Shown: positions 54,233-64,000 of the stretch, in pieces
Numbering within the stretch: position 1 is the first letter of the stretch
Layout of the letters: the number at the start of each line of letters is the position of its first letter
Origin: Vicugna vicugna
Lineage: Eukaryota
Length of the DNA stretch: 64,000 nt
Direction of reading: 5' to 3'
NCBI GenBank assembly: GCA_013265495.1
Contig: MU057503.1
Span: 620,001 to 684,000 of the forward strand
Notes under the pieces: generated by a model
Seen by the model: only the letters and a program-made list of their open reading frames with translations
What the model was told of the DNA's origin: nothing
The model's database searches: none
Position numbers and translations under genes: made by a program

Positions 54233-55479
54233 CGGCTGGAGAATCAACATCAACAATTTAGGAGGAGAATTCAATGAAATTAAATTTTAATACAGAATTT
54301 CTTTATTCTAACTGGCACATATCTCCGTGTACATGATTTTAAATCAGAAGATACTGGGTTGGGGTTGGACAGAGAGGGAAATGAACCAATTACCTCGTGT
54401 GACTTTGGGTTTTCATGTCAGAACAAAAGTGCAAGCTTCAGTACAAGTAACCTAATCCATAGGTGAACTAAATCATAGCTTGCGCTCAATTCAATACTTT
54501 AGCTTGTGCACAGAGAAAGGATTAATGAGCAGGCACCTTATGAATATACCAATGCTCCCACCACCCTCTCAAAAAAAAAAAACTACAAAGGAAAGAAAAA
54601 GAAGTTTAAAAAAAAGCTGTGCAGGTGAGAGGGCAGAGAAAGGACTGATGATGTTTAGAAACTTCAGTGGGTTTCTGGACTCACTAGCCATACAGACAGA
54701 CTTCCATTCCCAGCCACTCATTAATACATTCCAAGAAACCTACCTCTCCTAGTAGACTCTCCACCACTGCTTACCTCCAGTTAAGAATCAGAAAGCTAGA
54801 AGTATTTTTTCCCTTTTTCCCCCACAAGGCAGTCCAGATGCAGAGAATATCATGCAGTGCCTCTAACAGACACTTACTGACATTCAGACATTTATGTCTG
54901 AAATTTGTAAATACTATGATAACCGCTGTATTCCCAGGTGCTCAGCTCATACTTTGAAATCAGCCTATAGAATAAAGGTGATCTTTTTTTGCTTCATTTG
55001 AAATTTTAAAAACTGTATTGATTATGTCCCCACTATTTCAGGTCTATATATTTGAGCATTAATATATATATAGCTCTATATTAATTAGAGGAATTAAAAT
55101 TTATATGATAATGCCCACACCCTCAAAATGATTCAAAGTTAAATAAAAACAAGAGATGTTACCAATTATCTCTCAAATATGCAACAGCCCATGAGTGCCT
55201 TTAGCTCTGCAGACAGACTCTTTGGGCAATTCTTCTGAGTAGGGTCTTAAACTAGTCCTTAAGGGTCATTTTTCTAACCCTAATTATTTAATCCTAAATA
55301 TAAAAAAGAAGCCTGGCTCACCAAAAACATTACTTTGGTAAACTACTTTAAAATAAAGCACACAACTGACATTTCTCAAAACAATGTTCAAACACTGATC
55401 TTTGCAAACTACTGAATGTCACTAGAAACACTGAAGAAGTCGAATTTGAACATTTTTCCCAGAAAAATGTCAGTTTTCA

Positions 55480-55880
55480 AATTATGGTTTAACAAAAATT
55501 TACCTACAAGGATATTCATCTCACTATTTTTAAGGGAAAAAAAAAAGGTTATCACCAAAAAAAAGAAAAGTATATTAAAGCCATAAATGGAATACAATGC
55601 AGCTATTAAAAATGACAGAGTTCAATATTTATTTACACGGAAAGAAGTCGTTCCAGTCACTATTTCAAGTGAAAAAAAAAAACTACTAGTCAGTATGTAG
55701 AATTATCCAATTTTGTAAACAAATATAAATGTACTTAGAAACACAAATTATCCATTGAAGGCAATTATGAGTGATAGGATTTACACTGATTTTTATGTTT
55801 TTCATAGTGCTTATGAGAATTTGAAAGTGTCTACAATGACATTTAATCAATTCTGGGATGAGAGAAAAAAGTATATCATT
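55480..55880 (+). mobile_element. Old L1 (L1ME-like) 3' fragment
   Basis: ATGGAATACAATGCAGCTATTAAAAATGA..AAGTGAAAAAA pattern. Confidence 0.6.
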
Positions 55881-58800
55881 AAAAAAAACTGATTCTATGT
55901 TCCTGACTGACCAATGCCTTCCTCTTCCTTGGCAGGTTAAAAGACATCTAAAGACATTTTTAAGTTTTTCTCACTCACAGTCAGAAGATAGAAATTGTTG
56001 TAAGATAATCTTTGCCCAAGGGTCAAAACTCTGCTAGAAAAAAAAAAATATATTCTCAGCACGAGTTTAATTAAACTTACAAGCATCAGGCCTCTCAGGC
56101 AACTTGCAGTACTTTGCGAGCCAAGAAAATAAAACTATTAAAACGTAGTTCTTCGTCAAGGAAAAGGACGTTGGGGCTTTACAGTCACGTGCTCTAAGGA
56201 GGTGTTACATGTTCGAATCCCAAACGAAATGATCTTGACATGAAGCTGAGCTGAAAACCCAGGAGTGGTACAAAGGCCAAGCCTCTGGGCAGAGTTCCAA
56301 CCTGTGGTCCAGGCTCCTTAACAATCAGGGAAGGTAGCAGTAAGAGACTTAAGCTATCTGAAGTACTGAAGGGGAAAAAGCCAATGAGAAGGTAGATTGT
56401 GGGCAATAAGGATTCACATGCTAACTGAAATAAAAGTGAATCCTTTGAGGTTGGCTTCAGTGTTATCAGTTCAATGCGATTATCACCACATCCACCCTTC
56501 CTACTGATTAGAAAATATTGCATCTGGTCGAAAAATTTTAAAGAGCAACAATACTTATTTCAGACAGCTTCCTGGACAAAATCTTTCACAAGGGATCCAT
56601 CCAAGAAAATCAGTACATAAAAGGGTCCATGATAGCCAGAAGGCTGGGAAGCGGGACTGGGGGGAATCCACACGCCACTGGAGACCAGTGACACTCCGTG
56701 ATGCCCCTGAGGACGGCAAGGCAGGAGGCAGGGCTTCAGGTGGCATGCGAGGTGGGAAAGGGCCAGCGTGGCCAGGTGTCAGCCCTGACCTGATGACCAG
56801 GGCCAGAGAGTGAGGAGGAGAGGCAGGCCTCCAACTATGGGCCCCTGCAATTCCCATCTGAGCACCTAGATATTTTTTAAAAATCAACACCAGCTGCTGT
56901 AGTCTGAGCTGCCAGTTCTTCGTTTCTTCCCATTTGCTGCTGCCCTGAGTCACCAGCCCAGCTCTGGACACCTGGTTCTAACAACCGGGCAGCATGGCTC
57001 CATTATTAATAATCACAGGGAAAGGCGCCAAGAGGCCATCTAATCTGGCTCTTTGGCTCTATTCTGAACCCTGCTTCACAGGGTAAAAGCTGTTCTAAAA
57101 GGCTGAAAAAAATTGCTCGTTTTTTTCCCAAGTATGTATTTTACAGTTCATCCTCATAGCCATTTATTTGCAACAAAATACTATAGTTATTTCCTCTTCT
57201 AGATTTAAAAAAAAAAGAAAGAAAGAAAAAAGAAAAGCTCTTTACAGTTCTTTCTATAGTAATACCAGTTTGGTTCCCTCTGTCCCCTGACATCCTCTCA
57301 TGAGCATACCTTAAAATCTGCTTCCTACTAAACATTTATTTTCTATCTTTTATTTTTGCCAGCTGGGTGTTCTAAACATAACTTGTCAACATTCACCTTT
57401 TCAAAAAGGCAAACAATGAGTATTAGTGCACCACGGCCAACCACTTAAATACAGTAACTCAATAACCCACAGCACTTCCATTTAAAAAATCAACTTAGCA
57501 CTTGAGATTATTTTTTTCTTTCCTATGCTTATATGGAAAAGGTTATCTCGCAGAAGAGGCATCATTGTTCAATAGCTTAAACGTCTGTCTGTCACCTCCC
57601 TGAAAGGACAGTATAGTGCTCGAATCACGTGTGTCCTCTCAGCTTGGCCAAGAATTGCTCTCTCCGCTGGACTCACAGCCCCGCAATGATGAGTAGCACG
57701 GCCCAGCCAGCCGGCGAGGCTCCATGAGACCTGACAGTGCAAGACGCCCAGGCACACACGCCCACCACGGCCACTGCCGGAGCCCGCGAGGCCAAGCAAT
57801 GGCACGCGCAAGCCGCTCACTCTGAGTGCTGCTGGCCTCGCTGGCCCCCAAAGTTCACTAACTTGCAACATTCCCATTCAGACTTGATTGTGCTAAAGTA
57901 AAAAGCAAGAACTTAGGTAACAGAACTCCCAGAGTAAGTGTTAAAAGGGACTTGTGAAGCCTGACTCAGGGTTTGAGCCCCCTCACTCAGAATTCCTCAG
58001 TCTTTTTCTTCATATCTAAGGAGCTGCTAACAGTAAAACACATGATGTGTTTATGAACTTTAGAACAGCACCACTACATAAAATGTACAGACTGGTTTTA
58101 AGATTTCCAGGATTTCCCAAAGCATTAAAAAAGGGGGGAAAAAAAGCAATTTGCAGTTAAGAGAAGATGGCAATTTTGAAAAGGTCTAGACTGTTACCCT
58201 TAGGAAATGCACATATACTAAGAAAGTTATTTTTTTAAGTCCATTATACTCAATAGAACTATTTTTTAAAAGCTTTGCAAAGCATCCTTTCACACAAAAC
58301 TTGAAGTGCTAATATGCCTTTATGTAATCTAAAGTCACCTAGAGATTAGTTTATTAGTTTCCTTTGAGTTCATAAAATACATAACATTCTCTTCTGTGGC
58401 ATTTTGTTTATGAGAATATTTTGTCCCTTTATTAATGAATAACTTCACACAATGAATGGCCAGGTTCAATGATTCAGTGACAGTCACTAGGATCATGGCA
58501 CTGTGTGACATTCTAAAGTCACTTCGGGTTTCTCTGGGCCTCATTTTCCTCGTATTAAATACATGCTTATATGTAAGTACACATGGCCGGGACGGAATAA
58601 TCATCCAGAGCTATACAGATGTAAGTTGGTGACATCATTATTTTCCCTCATAAATAAGCATAAAGGCCACACAGAGAGAAGATACAGGAAAGCATTTAAA
58701 TTTTACCGTCATTTGGAGAAAACCGAGTTAGAAAGAGCGTAACAAAGGAAGCACAATGGATGCACATTCCACACCAGAAAAAGGGCAATTAAGCAGGTAC

Positions 58801-59799
58801 TTTAATTTCCCTCAGCCCCCAAGTGGACAACGTGTGCTTCAGAAGTAAGATGAACACAGCACAATGGTCTTTGTTCTTCACAAGCACTTTTCAGGCAACA
58901 CATTCTGAAGTCTTCACTAAACAGAATGCTCCTCAGATAGCATTCACCTGACTGGCCACCAGCGGGAAAGAGGAGTGACTCATGTTTTAAACAAATTTCC
59001 TACTGATTTCACTGAAGGGGACCAAAGAGCTGTGTCATCTGTTTCTACTTTTCAGTTTGACCCCATGCAAAGTTCTCAGCTACACGAGTGCGAAGTTACG
59101 GGAAGCGAATGGCCTGAGTGAGCACCTGCAGGGTGCCGATGTTGCAAAAGTTCAATCTAAGGTGCCCCCCACCCACATGGATGGGAACCCAATGGTCTGG
59201 TGCGTTCCTCAACTGAGAAAGTCAAAACCTAATTTTAATTTACTGAGGAAAATAACAATCACATAAATCAAAGCCATTGGACTAAAGGAAATATCCACTT
59301 AAAAATAACAAGAATGTGTTGATGGATAGGCAAATGATTAAGCAAATAAAGCAAAATGGGAACTTTAGAATCTAGACAGTGGGCATGTAGGCGCTAAATG
59401 TCTAATGGTTTCAACTTTTCTGGATGTTTGAAAATTTTCATAATAAAGTGCTGGGAAAAATAATGCACAATTGTAATCATAATTAAGGAGACAGCAGGCC
59501 CCATTGGGAAAAACCTCAGCCTGGAAAGAAAGACACTGGCCTAACCCCAGGAACTCACAGAGTTTAAAACTGGAAAGTGTCTTGGGAATCCTCCGGGACA
59601 GGTAAAAATATATGATTTTGAGTTTGTGAAAAATTAGAAAAATAGGAGCATAGCATTTTGAAAAAATTAAAAACTGTTTATGGTTTTTTTTTTGTTGCTG
59701 TTTTTTGGGGTTTTTTTGCTGAGATTATATGCCTCTACACTTCTGGTTTTGAAATATCCCTTATCTCATGAAATGCTGGTGATAGCAGATAATAAATTT

Positions 59800-60117
59800 G
59801 TTTTTTTATGTCCCCGCTTATCAGTCAAATTTGATCACCCTTGATATCTGATCAGTTTCCTCATCTCCTACCTTTGATGTACAACTCCTTGAGCTACTTT
59901 CAGCAAAATCCCCCTACCTTTGATGTTTCCTCACAGTAATTTTCCATCCACTGAGCTTATCACTCTGCTTTTTGGCTATAAATTTCCAGCTGTCTTTACT
60001 GTACTTGGAGTTGAGTCTGATCTCCCTCCCCTATTACAGGGCCCCTACTGCAATAGTCTTGAATAAAGTCTTTCTGACCATTTTAACAAGTGTCAGGATA
60101 GCTTTTTCTTTACTCAT
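59800..60117 (+). mobile_element. MER31-like ERV1 LTR (partial)
   Basis: CCCTTGATATCTGATCA, TTGGCTATAAATTTCCA..GGAGTTGAG, and TGCAATAGTCTTGAATAAAGTCTT..TTTAACAAGTGTCA. Confidence 0.75.
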
Positions 60118-60599
60118 GTCTTTATACAGGTACTATAAAGCTCTTGGAACCTTCAGGTACAGATAAGTTGGCAGCTAGTCACAATGCTTGCTGAAAAGAA
60201 CAATTTGCTTCCCTAGTGTTCCTTAAATGGCTCCAAATACTGAAATTTTAAATTGCCCAGAAGCATTAAGACATTAAAAACAAAACAAACAACTTCCCAC
60301 ACCCTCCAGTGTTGGTCTCTTGTAATCTTATGAGTCCATGATTTTATTTTAACTTAACTTCAGAGAATGACACTAAAGGGGTAAAAACTATGCAATAAAA
60401 TTTTCTTGAGGGTGCCAGCTGTGTCTTACATTATGCACCCAGCATAGGAATGCAATGATTTCATTGACTGAATGAGAGTAATAGAAGCAGATGAATGTTG
60501 TTTATTTCCTGAGACAGAATGGCATAAATTTAATCCTCTGTTCAAATTAGCCAAATAAGAGAAAATTACAAAATATAAACATTATTAAAAAATTAATTT

Positions 60600-61885
60600 T
60601 TAAGGTAACATATTAAAAGTTTAAATGCCAAGAACAGTCCCATTTACAACTACATCAAAAAGATATCTTTTACAATATCTAGTAATAATTTTAACCAAGG
60701 AAGTGAAAAGACCTGCACACTGAAAACTGTAAGACACTGATGAAGCTGAAGACACAAATAAACAAAACATATTCTATGATCATGAGTTGAAAGAATATCA
60801 TTAAAATGCCCATACTACCCAAAGCAATCTACAGATTCAATGCAATCCCTTTCAAACTTACAATGGTATCTTTCACAGAAATAAATCAAATAATTCTAAA
60901 ATTTGTATGGAACCACAAAAGACCTCAAGATAGCCAAAGCAACCTTGAGCAAGAAGAACAAAGCTGGAAACATCACACTTCCTGATTTAAAACTATATTA
61001 CAAAGTAATAGTCCAAACAGTATGGTATTGGCATGAAAACAAACACATAGATTAATGGAACAGAACAGAGTCCAGAAATAAACACACACCTATGTGGTAA
61101 ATTAATTTATAACAAAGGAGCCAAGAATATACAAGGGAGAAAGGTCAGCCTCTTCAACAGGCAGTGTTGGGGAAAACGGACAGCACACACAAAAGAAAAA
61201 CTGGACTGCTACTTACATCATACATGAAATTAACTGAAAATGGAATAGACTTGAACATAAGACCTGAACACATAAAACTCCTACAAAGAAAACACAGGCA
61301 GTAAGCTCCTTGACAGTCTTGAATTTTTTGGATTTAACACCAAAAGCAAAGGCAACAAAAGCAAAAATAAACATGTGGGACACATCAAACCAAAAATCTT
61401 CTGCACAGCAAAAGAAACTATCAACAAAAGGAAAAGGCAGCCTACTGAATGAGAGAAAATATTTGCAAATCACATATTTGATAAAGGGTTTATATTCAAA
61501 ATATATAAAGAACCCATACAACTCAATAGCAAAAAAACAAACCATCTGACTTTTAAAATGGGCAGAAGATATAATAGATGTAGAGATGGCCAGCAGGTAC
61601 GTGAAAAGGTGTTCAATATGACTAATATCAGGGAAATGCAAATAAAAATCACAATAAAATATAATATAGTGACTACAGTTAATAACACTGTATTGTATAT
61701 TTAAGTTGCTAAGACTAACAGTTATCACTCCCCCCCAAAAAAAAAATTGTAACTGTGTGTTAATGGGTGTCAACTATACTTATCGTGGTGATTACTTCAC
61801 AATATATGCATATATCAAGTCATTATGTTGGACACCTGAAACTAATATGTTCTATGTCGATTATATCTCAATTTTAAAAATTATC
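60600..61885 (+). mobile_element. Old L1 (L1MA-like) ORF2 3' part joined to 3' UTR by an internal deletion
   Basis: CCCAAAGCAATCTACAGATTCAATGCAATCCC and FLDLTPKAKATKAKIN peptide. Jumps to the 3' UTR near 61660 and ends ACACCTGAAACTAATATGTT..TTATATCTCAATT. Confidence 0.9.
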
Positions 61886-64000
61886 TTCAATAATACATTT
61901 TTAGAAAACAATTCTAGTATGCAGTCAGTTTTAAGTTATCAGTTGGTATTGTAACCACAATAAGGATGCACCATGTGGTGGGGCAATATCACAGGGGTCC
62001 ATACAACAGGGGCTGAAACGCTAGTCTTTGAAGGAAGCTGAGCTATTTTCCACAGAAAAGGGACAGCCCAGGAGCTCCACCCCACAGGGGATGACTTCAT
62101 TATAATGTTAAATCTGAAAAAATAAAGGAGAGCATAGCCACTTGCTTTAAAATAAGAAATTAGTACCTTCTGCAGGTTACCAGAACAGTAGATGAAATAT
62201 TTTAGGCTACTTTGGACTCATCTGCAAATAAGTGATTTGGAGAACTCTGTTAAATGAAACCTCCCACACTACACCCCACCCATTCCTTTTCATTGTATTC
62301 CACAAGAAGTGGAGAACCTCGAGGTTCTTCAGTTGCAAAAGTCAAACTGAAGTCCCCAGGCAGGAGCTCTGCAAATAGGTGTAAAAGGGGTGGGTGTGCT
62401 AGAGGAGATTAAAAGGGAGGAAAAAGGAAAAAAAAAAAAAAAAGGCCAGGGGATTTCTGCGTTTGAGGCAAGAGAGAAACAGTGGTTTTTCTGTCATCAC
62501 CACTATACAGCCAACAAATGTGATTTATTGGTGATAGCTAATTAGGGCGAATGAGGGGGTGGGGGGGAGGATGAAATAGCCTAGAGTTTCCAAAATAAAT
62601 CCAAATATTTGTGGGCTGTTTGCCGGAGTTAAATATGGTTATTTCATCAAAATTTTCACAATTTTGAACTTCGTGAGACAGAAAGAACTTAATAATACTT
62701 TCAACATAAACTCTCAGCTTTTTTTAAATATCCATGTCTGGGACACATAAGAAAAGTAGTAGGGAAAAAAATGCTTTGTTACAGCTATAACCTAAGTAAA
62801 ATGATGCTATAATTATTATTTATTCTTTCTGTCCAAGCAAAGAAATTTATCTCTGATAAAACTTGAATATGGTGCTGTCACACACAGAGCACCGCACATT
62901 CTCTGGCATTATCTATTGTTGTCATTTCAGGCACAAACTCCATATCCCCTAGTATCTCTAAGTCCAACTGACCATCAGTAGGAGAGAGGTTGGGCAAACA
63001 GGTAAAGAAGAAGAAAAGTCAAAATATGTTCACAACCCATTAAAAACTGGATGGACTTTCAGGTCCCTGAAGCACTTGAGTAGTATTTAAACTTGTGGAC
63101 AAAGAAAGGAAGTCACTGACCTGTGGGGTCTCTGGGCCAGACTATTACTTCCTGTCGACTCTCTCCCAGCTGGTCGAACAGGCTAAGTCAGTGATTTCAA
63201 CACCAAACTAAAAAATAAAACTTGCTAATCTATGTTGTTGGAAAGATGTCATCTGTAACTGCAATGCTTTACAACCCAGCACATAGCCCTGAATCAAACG
63301 GAGAAATTTCAGCCACAATAGGAGCCAAGAAATTCCACCGAGCACTATGCCAATAATATTGAATTAATAAATGAGGGTCTTCCGTTTCTGTATCCCCAAA
63401 TCTTACAAGGATCATTCAAGCTAATTCTCTAGTTCTATAACTATGAGTATCTCTTTTTGAAAGGAATTAACAATAAGTAAGAAAACTCTCTAACTCCTCC
63501 ATCATCAAGTGATGCCAATTCTTCCTCCCAGGAAGGCTTAGAGAGTAGCTCACCTTCTAGAAAGGTAAGCAAACCATGTCTGACTCAGTCCTTGACTCAC
63601 TAGCACCCCGCTCATCCCCACTCTGAGGAACCTTCCTGCCAAGTCTAGCCCTCTCAGGTACCTTCTAGAACAAAGAGAATTCCTCCTCCAAGTAGGTCCT
63701 GGGCAGTCGCGGTCTCTGACCAGAACCACAATTCCTACTTTTCTTTCTCCCCTTGCCTATTTCAGCCATTTTGATCATTCAGGATGTATTTTTTCAGGAA
63801 GATAAATGACAGTTCAAGGTTTGGGGAAGTGGTACCACATCTCACAGAGGGAAGTGGCAAGAGAATGTTAGTGGTGAATCCTGGGTACAGATGGATGAGC
63901 CAGAGTTTGACACACTGTAAGGAGGTAGTCTGGTGTTGTGGGCTCTCGAGTCAGACTGCTCAGGCTCAAACACAGGCCCTGCTAAGGTGGTATGACTCTG

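Noticed and set aside
61213..61773. Longest ORF in the track (186 aa)
   Set aside because: It is an antisense frame of an L1 ORF2 remnant.

Overview
This is mammalian, repeat-rich, apparently intronic or intergenic DNA. I could not identify any host protein-coding exon, and the supplied ORFs are mostly chance frames or L1 ORF2 remnants. The young L1 3' ends are of cetartiodactyl type, and I recognised no CHR, Bov-A/BovB or PRE-1 elements, which suggests a camelid (inference). The window contains L1, L2, MIR, MaLR/ERVL/ERV1 solo LTRs and hAT/Tigger DNA transposons, several with visible target-site duplications (TSDs) and nested insertions. The main find is an unannotated, decayed endogenous bornavirus-like element on the minus strand at about 39050-41200. 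Manual three-frame translation gives about ten collinear peptide blocks spanning a near-complete bornaviral glycoprotein (G) gene, from signal peptide to transmembrane segment and basic tail. These are followed by the start of a matrix (M) gene. The G-then-M order is that of carboviruses/culterviruses, not orthobornaviruses. A Tigger1-derived transposon interrupts the G tail and gives a minimum age. All viral and repeat-family comparisons were made from memory of reference sequences and need tblastn/HMM/RepeatMasker confirmation.
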